Origin: Mageeibacillus sp. UBA5439
GTDB taxonomy: Bacteria; Bacillota; Clostridia; Saccharofermentanales; DTU023
DNA: 40,774 nucleotides
Direction of reading: 5' to 3'
Assembly (NCBI GenBank): GCA_002427505.1
Contig: DIRJ01000047.1
Location: 1 to 40,774 of the forward strand
Numbering within the stretch: position 1 is the stretch's first letter; the number at the start of each line of letters is the position of its first letter. A program made the position numbers and the translations under genes. Of the stretch, positions 9,013 to 19,314 are shown piece by piece. The notes beneath the pieces are model-generated. The model ran no database searches. It worked only from the letters and a program-made list of their open reading frames with translations, and was not told the origin of the DNA.

Positions 9013-9095
9013 TGGTGCGGATAACAGGACTCGAACCTGCACGGTTTCCCACTGGAACCTAAATCCAGCGTGTCTGCCAATTCCACCATATCCGC
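9013..9095 (-). tRNA. tRNA-Leu (TAG)
   Basis: GCGGATA acceptor stem, anticodon arm CTGGA-TTTAGGT-TCCAG, long variable arm, GGTTCGAGTCC T-loop, encoded CCA. Confidence 0.97.
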
Positions 9096-9106
9096 AGGAC
9101 TATTGT

Positions 9107-9134
9107 ATTGTAGCGTTTTTATGCTATTCGTCAA
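9107..9134 (-). promoter_or_regulatory. Promoter of tRNA-Leu
   Basis: TTGACG-N16-TACAAT overlapping the lepA 3' end. Confidence 0.6.
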
Positions 9135-10935
9135 GTTTGAGGACGCTCATGAAAGCTTCCTGAGGTATCTCTACACTGCCCACCTGACGCATACGCTTCT
9201 TGCCTTCTTTTTGTTTTTCCAGCAGTTTTTTCTTACGTGAAATATCGCCGCCGTAGCATTTGGCGGTAACATCCTTGCGATAGGCACGGACTGTTTCCCG
9301 GGCAATGATCTTGCCTCCTATGGCTGCCTGAATCGGAATTTCAAACTGGTGACGCGGGATATTTGCCTGAAGATTCTCCGCCATTTTGCGTCCACGCGCA
9401 TAGGCATGGTCACGGTGAACAATAAAGGTCAGGGCATCAACAACTTCATTATTTATCAGGATATCAAGTTTAACCAGATCAGAAACCTGATAGTCTTTGA
9501 AGTCATAATCCAAAGATGCATAACCCTTGGAACGGGATTTCAAGGCATCGAAGAAATCATAAATAATCTCATTCAGCGGCAGGTCAAAATGCAGATTAAC
9601 CCGCTTTTCGTCGAGATATTCCGTATTGACATAAATGCCTCTGCGTTCATGGCAGAGCGACATGATATTACCGATGTATTCGGTGGGAGTCATAATAGAG
9701 GCACGGACGATCGGTTCCTCTATACTCTCAATTTCTTCAACAGCCGGCATATTAGTCGGGTTATCCAGATTAATAGTTTCGCCGGAGATCAGCTTTAGCT
9801 TATATACAACGGAGGGGGCTGTGCTGATTAAATCCAGATCAAATTCACGCTCCAGGCGTTCCTGAATGATCTCATAGTGCAGCAGACCCAGAAATCCGCA
9901 ACGAAAGCCGAAACCTAGTGCGGCTGAGGTTTCCGGTTCAAAGGACAAGGCGGCATCGTTCAGCTGCAATTTTTCCAGAGCGTCCCGCAAATCAGGATAG
10001 TCGCCGCCATCAACAGGATACATACCGCAATAAACCATCTGCTGTACAGGCTTATAACCCGGCAAAGCTTCTGAGGCCGGGTTCTCTGCTGTTGTAATCG
10101 TCTCCCCTACCGCCGTATCGCGCACATTCTTGATGCTGGCGATGACATAACCGACATCACCTGCACTTAAGCTGTCAACCGAGCTGTAACTGCCCGGCAG
10201 GAAGGTTCCCAGTTCAGTTACAGTGAACTTTTTTCCGCTGTGCATCATCTTGATTTCGTCACCGGTAAAAAGCTTGCCATCCTGAACATTGACATGCACA
10301 ATTACGCCCTGATAAATATCGTACTCAGAATCAAAGACCAGAGCGCGCAAAGCTTTGCTGTCATCAGCTGCAGGAGGCGGTAACTTTACGGCAATAGCCT
10401 CAAGTACTTCCTCGATATTAATATTGTTTTTCGCCGAGATAAGCGGTGCGTCTGCAGCATCAATGCCCAGGACATCTTCGATTTCCTGTCGTACTTCCTC
10501 CGGGCGGGCGGTCTTGAGATCAATCTTATTGATAACCGGAAGTATTTCCAGATCAGCATCTATCGCCAGATAGGCATTAGCCAGTGTTTGTGCCTCTACG
10601 CCCTGCGAGGCATCAACAACCAAAATGGCGCCGTCACAGGCAGCCAGCGAACGTGAAACCTCATAGTTAAAGTCCACGTGACCCGGTGTATCGATCAGAT
10701 TGTAGATGTACATTTCTCCGGACCTGGATTTATACAGCATACGTACTGCACGTGCTTTTATCGTGATGCCGCGCTCACGCTCCAGTTCCATATCATCCAG
10801 AACCTGCTCCTGCATCTCACGTGAAGTCAAGGCACCGGTATGCTCGATCAAACGATCGGCCAGTGTGGATTTGCCGTGGTCAATATGGGCAATAATGCTG
10901 AAGTTTCTAATATGCGAAGGTGGAATTTTTTCCAT
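9124..10935 (-). CDS. lepA: Elongation factor 4 (LepA)
   Basis: [30 protein letters not shown]-terminal [24 protein letters not shown]. Confidence 0.99.
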   Translation of the reverse strand: MEKIPPSHIRNFSIIAHIDHGKSTLADRLIEHTGALTSREMQEQVLDDMELERERGITIKARAVRMLYKSRSGEMYIYNLIDTPGHVDFNYEVSRSLAACDGAILVVDASQGVEAQTLANAYLAIDADLEILPVINKIDLKTARPEEVRQEIEDVLGIDAADAPLISAKNNINIEEVLEAIAVKLPPPAADDSKALRALVFDSEYDIYQGVIVHVNVQDGKLFTGDEIKMMHSGKKFTVTELGTFLPGSYSSVDSLSAGDVGYVIASIKNVRDTAVGETITTAENPASEALPGYKPVQQMVYCGMYPVDGGDYPDLRDALEKLQLNDAALSFEPETSAALGFGFRCGFLGLLHYEIIQERLEREFDLDLISTAPSVVYKLKLISGETINLDNPTNMPAVEEIESIEEPIVRASIMTPTEYIGNIMSLCHERRGIYVNTEYLDEKRVNLHFDLPLNEIIYDFFDALKSRSKGYASLDYDFKDYQVSDLVKLDILINNEVVDALTFIVHRDHAYARGRKMAENLQANIPRHQFEIPIQAAIGGKIIARETVRAYRKDVTAKCYGGDISRKKKLLEKQKEGKKRMRQVGSVEIPQEAFMSVLKLDE

Positions 10936-10974
10936 CTTATCCTCTCTTAAGTAAAATATCTGCAGGTATTTTTT

Positions 10975-11003
10975 ACTATAGTTAATATATTATGGTTTGC
11001 CAA
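10975..11003 (-). promoter_or_regulatory. Internal promoter of lepA
   Basis: TTGGCA-N17-TATAGT. Confidence 0.5.
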
Positions 11004-11790
11004 ATCGGTCAAAGGGATAAAACCTGAACCAGACTCTGCCGATTAAATCAGCTTCTTTCACCGGACCGAATTTTCGGCTGTCATAGCTTTCCGTGCGGTT
11101 GTCTCCCAGAAGAAAATACTCATCCTCTGCTAAAGTTACTTCCAGAAAAGAATTAGCAGCAACATATGTTGCCACACTAGCGTCGAGATAGGGTTCAGCT
11201 AACTCCTCACCATTAAGATAAACCGCTCCCTCTGAAATTTTAATGGTCTCTCCCGGCAGACCGATTATTCTTTTTATGACAACCATAGTTTTGCCGTCGA
11301 TCGTCTTTTTATCGGTTCTGGCTGTAACCAGCTCGGACCGGTCATAATCTCTCCATAAATGAGATATTTTATCAACAAAGAGCTCATCTTTCTCTGTCAG
11401 AGTAGGTTCCATAGATATACCTGAAACAGTATTTCGCTGCAGAACAAAGCGGGTAAAAAGAAGCGCCAAAACAACACAGATTGCCAGAGTCAGAACAAAG
11501 CTTAAAGCGCTCCTCAAGCGCGATACCGGTTTCCGGTCTTTTTTAGTTCTGATCTCAAGACTGTCATCCAGGCCTAAGCTCTTTTTCAGTGCATGGTCCA
11601 GCTTGCGCTCCTGTTCACCAAAAGCTTCACGTAGAGTATCAACAGCCTCTTCATCCCGTAAAACCGGGGAGGAACTCATATTCTGAGATTGAGCCTGCAG
11701 TTTCGGTGGACGAATCCTGTGTTGACTATTGATCTCACTGAGATCAGCCTCTGTATTACTCGGCTCTTTGTTCTCCATTGCTTGCATCAA
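10990..11790 (-). CDS. lepB: Signal peptidase I with long N-terminal cytoplasmic segment
   Basis: Single TM, catalytic Ser in GISMEPT, Lys in VIKRIIGLPGE, GDNRTESYDSRKFG. Exact start uncertain. Confidence 0.93.
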   Translation of the reverse strand: MMQAMENKEPSNTEADLSEINSQHRIRPPKLQAQSQNMSSSPVLRDEEAVDTLREAFGEQERKLDHALKKSLGLDDSLEIRTKKDRKPVSRLRSALSFVLTLAICVVLALLFTRFVLQRNTVSGISMEPTLTEKDELFVDKISHLWRDYDRSELVTARTDKKTIDGKTMVVIKRIIGLPGETIKISEGAVYLNGEELAEPYLDASVATYVAANSFLEVTLAEDEYFLLGDNRTESYDSRKFGPVKEADLIGRVWFRFYPFDRFGKP

Positions 11791-11792
11791 GA

Positions 11793-13574
11793 TCAGCTTT
11801 CTACAATTTTAATACCCAATTCCGCTAATTGTTCTTCCGAAACAGCTGACGGAGCTTTTGTCATCAGGCAGCTGGAGTTTTGCACTTTGGGGAAAGCAAT
11901 AACTTCACGAATGTTGTCTTCACCTAACATAAGCATCACCAGGCGATCCAGCCCATAGGCGAGTCCGCCGTGCGGGGGCACTCCGTATTGAAAAGCATCC
12001 AGCAGGAAACCAAAACGGTGCTGATATTCTTCTTCACTGAAACCCAGTAAGCTAAAGATCTTTTTTTGCAAGTCCTGTTCGTGGATACGAATGCTGCCGC
12101 CACCCAGTTCCGTGCCGTTCAGGACAATGTCATAAGTACGCGAGCGAACTGCCGCAGGATCTGTATCCAGGAGCTTTAGATCTGCTTCCAGCGGTGCTGT
12201 GAAAGGATGATGCTTGGAAACGTAACGTTGTTCCTCTTCATCCCATTCAAACAAGGGGAATTCAGTAATCCAGCAAAAGCGATAGGCTTCCTGATCAATC
12301 ATGTTACGGCGCCTGGCCACCTCATTACGCAAGGTTCCCAGACTCTCAAGACAAGCATTAGGGTCGGAGTCCGAAACGAAAAGCAATTGAGCTGTATCGT
12401 CTTCATCGGCACGACGCAGGCAGCTTCTCATGAAGTCTGCATCAATGTACTTCCTGATGGAACCTTTAAGCTCACCATCGACGAGTGAAGCCCAAGCCAT
12501 TCCTTTGGCTGCTGTGTTGCTTTGCAGGTAAGTATTGAGATCATCCAGTTCACGGCGGCTCATGTCGTTGCCTCCCGGCACAGCGATATAGCCTACCATA
12601 CCGCCCTCCTCAAGAACTGATGTGAAAACTTTAAATTCCGTTCCGGCAGCTAAATCACTGGCATCCCGGATCTCCATGCCAAAGCGCAGGTCGGGCTTAT
12701 CGGAGCCGAAACGAGACATGGCTTCATGCCAGCACATTCGTTCCAGCGGCAATTCCAGATTATAACCATGATACTCTTTCATCAGATAAGCCAGGAAGCG
12801 CTCATTCACATCCATTATATCGTCTTCACCGATGAAGCTCATCTCTATATCAATCTGCGTAAATTCCGGCTGTCTGTCGGCACGCAAGTCTTCGTCCCGG
12901 TAACAGCGGGCTATCTGCATGTATTTGTCATAACCACTCAGCATCAGCAGCTGCTTGAAAATCTGCGGAGACTGCGGTAAGGCAAAAAACTTGCCCGGAT
13001 AAACGCGTGACGGCACCAGATAGTCACGTGCACCTTCCGGTGTACTCTTGATCAGGGTTGGAGTCTCAATGTCAAGGAAGCCCTGACTGTCAAAGAAGTC
13101 ACGTACTATCTTCGTAATACGATGGCGGGCCATAAGCTTACGCTGCATGTCCGGCCGGCGTAAGTCGAGATAACGATTTTCCAGACGCAGCGATTCTTTG
13201 ACATCGATATTCTCTTCAATGTAAAAAGGCGGGGTCTTGGCTTTAGAGAAAATGCGCAGCTCAGAGGCATGCAATTCGAAAGCACCCGTCTTCATGTCCG
13301 GGTTTTCATCCTGACGGCGTCGCAAAACACCACGGCAGGCAAGAACAAATTCCCCTCTGACAGCAGCTGCTTTCTCTCTGGCCTCAGCCGGAGAATCATC
13401 GTCAACAACTATCTGCACTTCACCTGAAATATCGCGCAAAGTAATAAAGATCAAACCACCTAAGTCTCGCTGTTTATGGCACCATCCCATCAGGGTCAGT
13501 TCTTGCCCCAACTGTGTTTCATTGACTTCGCCACAGCGGGAGTCCCGCCGCCAGTTTCCCATTGATTCACTCAC
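11793..13574 (-). CDS. aspS: Aspartate--tRNA ligase
   Basis: RDLGG, STPEGARDY, ALPQSPQ, RDEDLRADRQPEFTQ, PPHGG..GLDR. GTG 13574 follows GGGAG. Confidence 0.98.
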   Translation of the reverse strand: MSESMGNWRRDSRCGEVNETQLGQELTLMGWCHKQRDLGGLIFITLRDISGEVQIVVDDDSPAEAREKAAAVRGEFVLACRGVLRRRQDENPDMKTGAFELHASELRIFSKAKTPPFYIEENIDVKESLRLENRYLDLRRPDMQRKLMARHRITKIVRDFFDSQGFLDIETPTLIKSTPEGARDYLVPSRVYPGKFFALPQSPQIFKQLLMLSGYDKYMQIARCYRDEDLRADRQPEFTQIDIEMSFIGEDDIMDVNERFLAYLMKEYHGYNLELPLERMCWHEAMSRFGSDKPDLRFGMEIRDASDLAAGTEFKVFTSVLEEGGMVGYIAVPGGNDMSRRELDDLNTYLQSNTAAKGMAWASLVDGELKGSIRKYIDADFMRSCLRRADEDDTAQLLFVSDSDPNACLESLGTLRNEVARRRNMIDQEAYRFCWITEFPLFEWDEEEQRYVSKHHPFTAPLEADLKLLDTDPAAVRSRTYDIVLNGTELGGGSIRIHEQDLQKKIFSLLGFSEEEYQHRFGFLLDAFQYGVPPHGGLAYGLDRLVMLMLGEDNIREVIAFPKVQNSSCLMTKAPSAVSEEQLAELGIKIVES

Positions 13575-13643
13575 AATAATTCTCCCTATATACAAATACT
13601 GTTTAAGTAATTTTACTATTTAACGACACTAGTGTGCATTACT

Positions 13644-14909
13644 TTATTGTTTTTTTCTTGCTTTCAATAAATATTCCGCCAAATAATCTGCTGGCACAGT
13701 CTCCTCTGCCCCATCTGACAGACGTTTAACCAAAAACTGTTTAGCCGCCAGCTCTTCTGCCCCGTAAACCACCAGATATTCGGCGTTACTGCGGTCAGCC
13801 TGCTTCATCTGGGCCTTCATGGAGCGTTCCATTACATCTGTCTGCACAATCAAAGCTGACCGGATCAATTTTTGAGCCAGAGCCAGAGCGGAAACAGCTG
13901 TGTCAGGGAAAGAAATGATAAAGAGATCCGCCGGTGCAGCTGCAGGCAGTTTGATTCCCTGAGCTTCCACTTCCAAAAGCAGACGCTCAATTCCCATGGC
14001 GAAACCAACCGCCGGAGTAGCTTTGCCTCCCAAAATTTCCATCAGGCCATCGTAGCGGCCGCCGCCGCAAATTGATCCCTGCGTACCGACATGTGTTGAG
14101 ACATATTCAAATACAGTACGGGAGTAATAGTCTAGTCCGCGCACCATGCTGCGATTTACATGGTATGAAATAGCCAGTTCTTCCAGAGCCCGTTTTACTT
14201 TGGCAAAATGTTCTTCACAGTCGGCGCAGAGATAGTCCAGCTGTGAAGGAGCATTGGCAATGAAAGGCTGGCAGCTATCCACTTTACAATCCAGGATACG
14301 CAAAGGGTTTATTTGGAAACGATCCCTGCAGTCAGGACACATTTTGTCCAGATCTGGTTTAAAATGCGCACGTAATGCATTCAAAAAATCCGGGCGGCAC
14401 TGAGGGCAGCCGATACTGCCCAATTCCAGCTGCCGCTCTGCTAAGCCCAACTCAGTGAAAAAGGTATCCAGAATAGCGATTACCTCTGCATCGGCATAGG
14501 CACTGGAGCTGCCAATAATCTCACAACCGAGCTGCCAGAATTCGCGATAGCGCCCTTTCTGCATTTTTTCATAACGGAAAAAAGACATATCATAATAAAG
14601 CTTAATCGGTGACGGCAAAGAAGCCATACCGTTTTCAATGTAAGCCCGGGCAATGCCTGCAGTGCCCTCAGGTCTCAGAGTCATGCTGCGGCCCGCTTTA
14701 TCTTCAAAAGTATACATTTCCTTACGCACAATATCAGTCGAACCACCAACACCGCGGGCAAACAATTCGGTCTGCTCAAAGGTCGGTATTCTTATCTCTT
14801 TATAGCCATAGCGTTCACAGACTGAGGCGAATAATTTTTCCACTGCCTGCCAGCGAGACATCTCATCCGGCAAAATATCTTTAGTTCCCTTTGGTGCTGC
14901 AATATTCAT
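13644..14909 (-). CDS. hisS: Histidine--tRNA ligase
   Basis: PKGTKD, LRPEGTA, GRYREF, VRGLDYY, GGGRYDGL. Start placed at MNIAAPKG. Confidence 0.98.
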   Translation of the reverse strand: MNIAAPKGTKDILPDEMSRWQAVEKLFASVCERYGYKEIRIPTFEQTELFARGVGGSTDIVRKEMYTFEDKAGRSMTLRPEGTAGIARAYIENGMASLPSPIKLYYDMSFFRYEKMQKGRYREFWQLGCEIIGSSSAYADAEVIAILDTFFTELGLAERQLELGSIGCPQCRPDFLNALRAHFKPDLDKMCPDCRDRFQINPLRILDCKVDSCQPFIANAPSQLDYLCADCEEHFAKVKRALEELAISYHVNRSMVRGLDYYSRTVFEYVSTHVGTQGSICGGGRYDGLMEILGGKATPAVGFAMGIERLLLEVEAQGIKLPAAAPADLFIISFPDTAVSALALAQKLIRSALIVQTDVMERSMKAQMKQADRSNAEYLVVYGAEELAAKQFLVKRLSDGAEETVPADYLAEYLLKARKKQ

Positions 14910-15100
14910 CTGTCTGATCCTTCCCTGATAATTGTGTCTTTTCATCGCAATATTCTACCACAAGCAGCCTTGCCAATTATCTTTGTCTGTCACGGATCTC
15001 ATATCATCATGTATAATGTAAAGAAATTTGTTGCTAAATTGTTCCTAAAATCAGACTTTGCTTACAGGTCGGCAGTCAAAAATATAAAGGCAGGTTATCT

Positions 15101-15571
15101 ATGCATCTTCCCGAGTCTTTGGAAAATTATCTGGAAAATATTTTCATCCTCAGTCGTCACCAGCCGGTTGTTAAAGCGGTTGACCTGGCCAGAGCGATGG
15201 GGTTTTCAAAACCCAGCGTCAGTCGTGCAGTACACATTCTGGAAGATGATGGTTATATCACAATCGGCGAAAATGGAAATCTCATACTGACAGAGACAGG
15301 CCATGAAATCGCCAGCAAGGTCTACGAGCGCCATCTCTTTCTGACTGAACTCTTCAAGGCAATGGGAGTCGACCCGCAAACTGCTGAGCAGGATGCCTGC
15401 GAGGTGGAACATGCGATCTCAGCCTCAACTTTCAATTTGTTAAAAGAGCATATCAGCCATATCGTCGGGAATCTTTCGGAGGAAGCTAATACACTCAAGC
15501 TCACACCTGAAGATTTGGGGAATATTGAAGACAAAATCAATGCCCCCCCTGCAGCGGACAGCCACAACTAA
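15101..15571 (+). CDS. DtxR/MntR-family metal-dependent repressor
   Basis: ESLENYLE, SKPSVSRA HTH, VYERH, AEQDACEVEH metal-site motif. Confidence 0.92.
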   Translation: MHLPESLENYLENIFILSRHQPVVKAVDLARAMGFSKPSVSRAVHILEDDGYITIGENGNLILTETGHEIASKVYERHLFLTELFKAMGVDPQTAEQDACEVEHAISASTFNLLKEHISHIVGNLSEEANTLKLTPEDLGNIEDKINAPPAADSHN

Positions 15572-15622
15572 GGTCCGGTTCTGTCAATCACTGCCCCGGA
15601 AACTGACAGTTTGCTGAACAAT

Positions 15623-15663
15623 AAAAGAGACGACAGCGGCCCTGACTGCTGTCGTCTCTTCTT
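15623..15663. terminator. Bidirectional terminator between the regulator and tRNA-Val
   Basis: AAGAGACGACAGCGG-CCCTGA-CTGCTGTCGTCTCTT 15-bp stem with A-rich and T-rich flanks. Confidence 0.85.
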
Positions 15664-15664
15664 G

Positions 15665-15741
15665 TGGTGGGTGATATGGGACTTGAACCTATGACCTCCT
15701 GCATGTCACGCAGGCACTCTAACCAGCTGAGCTAATCACCC
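15665..15741 (-). tRNA. tRNA-Val (GAC)
   Basis: 77 nt cloverleaf, GGGTGAT/ATCACCC acceptor, CCTGC-GTGACAT-GCAGG anticodon arm, encoded CCA. Confidence 0.96.
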
Positions 15742-15755
15742 GTATCAGCTTTGAC

Positions 15756-15784
15756 ATCATAACTAAGACTTGAAATTATGTCAA
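15756..15784 (-). promoter_or_regulatory. Promoter of tRNA-Val
   Basis: TTGACA-N17-TATGAT. Confidence 0.75.
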
Positions 15785-16663
15785 CTTGTTTTCTTCCCCG
15801 TTTTCAATCCTGGTATTATTCGGAGCGTAGACAATCTCACTTTTGCTTTCAGCACTGGTCTCTGTCCTTCTCGCTGCCCTGAGGACCAGCTTCTTGATCT
15901 GCCAGCGCCAGTAATAGTAGAACCAGCGGTCACGACGTTTAAGCATAGTTACATCCACCGGGAAAAAATATCGCGCCCCATCCAGATCGATCAGGACCGG
16001 ATAGAGACTGCCGTGTTCCATTGTTCCCAAAAAATTAACAACACCGGCACCTGCAGAGCTGATTTCGTCAAAATTTTCCATATCAGTAAGAAAAATCAGA
16101 AGATTCTGTTCTGAAGCAGCTGTTCCCCAATAGTGATCAATCCAACGTTCTGCCTGCTTCAATTTTTGATCCACTATCAGTACATTCAGCATTGGATGGT
16201 AGCAAACGAAACTGCGCTTATAATAATGTCGTCCCCGCCAGGGGCTGGCAATAAAACGTTCGCGTTCGAAAATAAAATCAAAATGCTCACTGTGGACTAA
16301 ATTATAATGCTTAGCTGCAAAAAAGCTTTTAATTTCATTAAGAGCTTCCGGCCATCTTTTCTGCAAATGCCGGTACTTCTGCGGAAGCCTGAATCTGCGC
16401 AGTTTGGACAAGCGGCGCAAGCTCTCGGGGCTGCCGGGGTCATAACGCTCGAGCGCATGATTGCTAAAAACCTGACGCAAAAAGACCAGGAACATAATGG
16501 CAAATATTCCCAGAGCGATATAAAAGATATTGCGCAGGAAGTTGATGCCGCTCAATTCCGGCCTGGCTGCTAATTCGCTGCTAATAAGATAAAGAAATAC
16601 AGCAAAAATAAGCAAAATGATCAGCTGTGATACAAGCTCCTTAATTGACCCTTTTCGCCTCAT
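15776..16663 (-). CDS. Hypothetical membrane-anchored protein (two N-terminal TMs)
   Basis: 295 aa ORF, GGGGGAG SD, co-oriented with htrA-osmC. No family recognised. Confidence 0.75.
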   Translation of the reverse strand: MRRKGSIKELVSQLIILLIFAVFLYLISSELAARPELSGINFLRNIFYIALGIFAIMFLVFLRQVFSNHALERYDPGSPESLRRLSKLRRFRLPQKYRHLQKRWPEALNEIKSFFAAKHYNLVHSEHFDFIFERERFIASPWRGRHYYKRSFVCYHPMLNVLIVDQKLKQAERWIDHYWGTAASEQNLLIFLTDMENFDEISSAGAGVVNFLGTMEHGSLYPVLIDLDGARYFFPVDVTMLKRRDRWFYYYWRWQIKKLVLRAARRTETSAESKSEIVYAPNNTRIENGEENKLT

Positions 16664-16718
16664 TAGGTCTCCCCCTGAGTAATATCAGGCAAGCTGCTGA
16701 CCATCCGCCCGTCAGAAG

Positions 16719-17120
16719 TTATGCGAACCGGACCTCTAGCTCAATTTCGCTGACATGACTGATGGTTGCGTAAACAGAGCAGTATTTCGCTGCCAGGCTC
16801 GTCGCACGTTTGAAACGTTCTCTTTGCTCTGCGGCAGAACCGGAGATCGTCATAGCTATTTTCACATACTCCAGAGTACTGGGAGTTTCCTCGCGCTTAA
16901 CTCCGTCAGCTGTCATTTCACAGCTATCAAATTCAAGTTTCATTTTTTTCACAATATCTAGAAACGTAGCATAAAGACAGGATAGCAGGGCTCCCAGAAG
17001 TAGGTTGTACGGCTTCAACTGACCTTTTTTTCCGCCTATAGATACTGTTCCGTTTTCAGCTGTCAGGACACCGTCAAACTCATTGCCGAATTCCAGTTTA
17101 ACGTGCTCTTTCTCTTTCAT
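16719..17120 (-). CDS. OsmC/YhfA-family protein
   Basis: KPYNLLLGALLSC and KYCSV conserved cysteines. Confidence 0.85.
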   Translation of the reverse strand: MKEKEHVKLEFGNEFDGVLTAENGTVSIGGKKGQLKPYNLLLGALLSCLYATFLDIVKKMKLEFDSCEMTADGVKREETPSTLEYVKIAMTISGSAAEQRERFKRATSLAAKYCSVYATISHVSEIELEVRFA

Positions 17121-17132
17121 CTTCTCCTCTTT

Positions 17133-18467
17133 CTAGCGTCCTTGCAGGATCAGAGTTGCCTCCATCTCCTTACCTTCTCTTTCAAATTTCACGGTCATGG
17201 AATCACCAACGTCAAGCGTATTCTTTATATCGTTCAACTCACCTGTATTTGCTACAGGCTGACCTTCGGCCTCAAAAATAACATCACCGGACTGTAGGCC
17301 TGCCAAAGCAGCAGCACTTCTATTTTCTACAGAAACAATCAGCACTCCCGGATAACGCAAATCATTCTCCTGCGCATCAAATTCTTCCAGTGCGATTACA
17401 TTAATGCCCAGCATCGGCCATTCGTGCTTGCCGGTCCTGATTAAACTTTCAATAATCGGTCTGGCTGCATTTGAAGGGATGGCGAAACTTATGCCCTGAA
17501 TGGTTGGTTGACCGGATCCGTCATCTAAAATCTTCAGCTGGTTGATCCCGATTACTTCACCGTAAGCGTTAAAGAGAGGACCTCCGGAATTTCCCGGATT
17601 CAAGGCGGCATCCGTTTGGATCAGCCGCAAGGGCGTGCTGGAAGTCAATTCACGTTTCACTGCAGAAATTATGCCCTGAGTAACCGTTCCGCGTAGTTGG
17701 CCCGTCGGGTTGCCTATGGCCACAGCCAGCTCACCCACCTGAACCAGGTCAGAATCTCCAAAAGATACCGTAGGGAAGGCCTCTCCATTTCCCTCTATTT
17801 TCAAAACAGCAATATCTGCATACTCATCACTGCCGACAACAGTAGCTTCATAGCGCGAGTTATTTTCCAGATAAACATAAACAGCAGTATGGTCTTCAAT
17901 GACGTGGGCATTGGTTACGACATAGCCATCTTCAGTAATGATAAAACCTGAACCTGAGACGGTACTCTGCTGCACGACGCCGAAGCCTCCCTGAGTCACA
18001 ATATTTGTGTAAATGGCCACGGTTGCAGGACTATTTTTCTCTGACAGCTCAGGAATAGTTAGGAGTTCCTTGCCCTCTTGCGGCAAAGGAGGAGCAAACT
18101 CTGCCAGTGAAAAATTAGGATTCACAGCATCATTTTCAGCTTGTGCAGGTTTTTCAGTTTCTAAAGGAGGCGAATCTTCGCTGTCAGTCCCGCCAGTAGG
18201 CTCTGTTTGTTGAATTGCCGGCGATGTCTGACTTGGATTGCCATCCCCGTTTGAGTTGCCGTCACGATAGCTGTTATTAACAAACCTATACAGGAGAAAG
18301 TTCAGACCTGTGAAAAGGATAGCAACTACTAAGACAGTAGCGATAATAGCAAAAACAGCGGGTCCACGTTTTTGGGGCGGTTGCTGATTGTAATAATTAC
18401 TGCTGTAAGGATCATAGGAGGATTTATTCGAAGATCCCGAATCATAGTTTGGTGTTTGATTGTTCAT
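17133..18467 (-). CDS. htrA: HtrA/DegP-family serine protease with one PDZ domain
   Basis: TM anchor, TNAHV, DIAVL, GNSGGPL triad, C-terminal PDZ. Confidence 0.95.
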   Translation of the reverse strand: MNNQTPNYDSGSSNKSSYDPYSSNYYNQQPPQKRGPAVFAIIATVLVVAILFTGLNFLLYRFVNNSYRDGNSNGDGNPSQTSPAIQQTEPTGGTDSEDSPPLETEKPAQAENDAVNPNFSLAEFAPPLPQEGKELLTIPELSEKNSPATVAIYTNIVTQGGFGVVQQSTVSGSGFIITEDGYVVTNAHVIEDHTAVYVYLENNSRYEATVVGSDEYADIAVLKIEGNGEAFPTVSFGDSDLVQVGELAVAIGNPTGQLRGTVTQGIISAVKRELTSSTPLRLIQTDAALNPGNSGGPLFNAYGEVIGINQLKILDDGSGQPTIQGISFAIPSNAARPIIESLIRTGKHEWPMLGINVIALEEFDAQENDLRYPGVLIVSVENRSAAALAGLQSGDVIFEAEGQPVANTGELNDIKNTLDVGDSMTVKFEREGKEMEATLILQGR

Positions 18468-18575
18468 TAAGCTCTTACCTCCGAGATAAAACTAATACTT
18501 ACTACTAACCAGAAATATTACATCACCATTGTGACAAAAGTTTGGATTATTTTCGGCAAAAATCCTATGGGAAAA

Positions 18576-19310
18576 TTACTGAGCGGGATCATCACTATCC
18601 CTGTCATTCTCCGGGGGCAGCTGCAAATTAATGCGGGTATGCGTGAGGCTATCCTGCTTTTCTGTTGGACTTTGGCGGATACCGGGAGTTCTCCTTTTCC
18701 GTTTTTTTCCGTCCATGATCGGTTGGAACACAAATTGCTTATAGCTGAAGTCCAGCAGATACTGTATTCCCTTCATCAGGCCCAGGGAAAGCAAGGGCAC
18801 AGCCAGAAGGAAAATAACGATGAGGAGCATCTCCAGTACAACCCACAGACCGCCGGCAACAATTCCCAAAATCATGCCGAACAGGCTGCCTGCAAACTCG
18901 AAAAATCCTATCGTTGCCGATACATGATTATCCATCCGCTCTAAAATAAGAACGGATGCATCGTCCATTTGCTCCGGTACCAGCGGCAGCAAGAAATGCA
19001 GCAGGAGATAAAGGAGAAGAAGATACTTGAAAATATAGAGTATTAGCAATAATGGTCTGATAGCCAGGGGCAGGCGGTAATAGAAGCTGGACAAGAGAGG
19101 GGTCAAAAGAACAAGAATAATCAGAATAATTAAGGATGCCGGATAGGCAACAAAAATGAAGGCTTCTGTCCAGTACGGGCGTACATATGACAAAACAAAA
19201 AACAAGAGCATTAGGAGCGACAGAATTATGTGAGAGCCCAAATGTCTTCTTCTTTTATATTCTGTATCACTCCAGATCGGACCTATTAGAGCACCTTCTA
19301 AATAATCCAT
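18576..19310 (-). CDS. Hypothetical multi-pass membrane protein
   Basis: Leu-rich hydrophobic segments. ATG 19310 avoids overlap with the upstream ORF; the track uses 19349. Confidence 0.75.
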   Translation of the reverse strand: MDYLEGALIGPIWSDTEYKRRRHLGSHIILSLLMLLFFVLSYVRPYWTEAFIFVAYPASLIILIILVLLTPLLSSFYYRLPLAIRPLLLILYIFKYLLLLYLLLHFLLPLVPEQMDDASVLILERMDNHVSATIGFFEFAGSLFGMILGIVAGGLWVVLEMLLIVIFLLAVPLLSLGLMKGIQYLLDFSYKQFVFQPIMDGKKRKRRTPGIRQSPTEKQDSLTHTRINLQLPPENDRDSDDPAQ

Positions 19311-19314
19311 CTCA

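Noticed and set aside
8952-9134. 60 aa ORF in the track
   Set aside because: It overlaps tRNA-Leu, its promoter and its terminator; spurious.
14910-15100. Possible T-box leader for hisS-aspS
   Set aside because: An extended -10 (TGGTAGAAT, 14960-14952) leaves only about 35 nt of leader, and no T-box sequence or terminator is present.
15751-15784. TTGACAT...ATGTCAA dyad suggesting an antisense promoter
   Set aside because: It is explained by the tRNA-Val promoter; the plus-strand -10 (AATTAT) is weak.
18531-18944. 137 aa plus-strand ORF, representative of many short overlapping ORFs in the track
   Set aside because: It lies antisense to a better-supported gene and has no recognisable motif.
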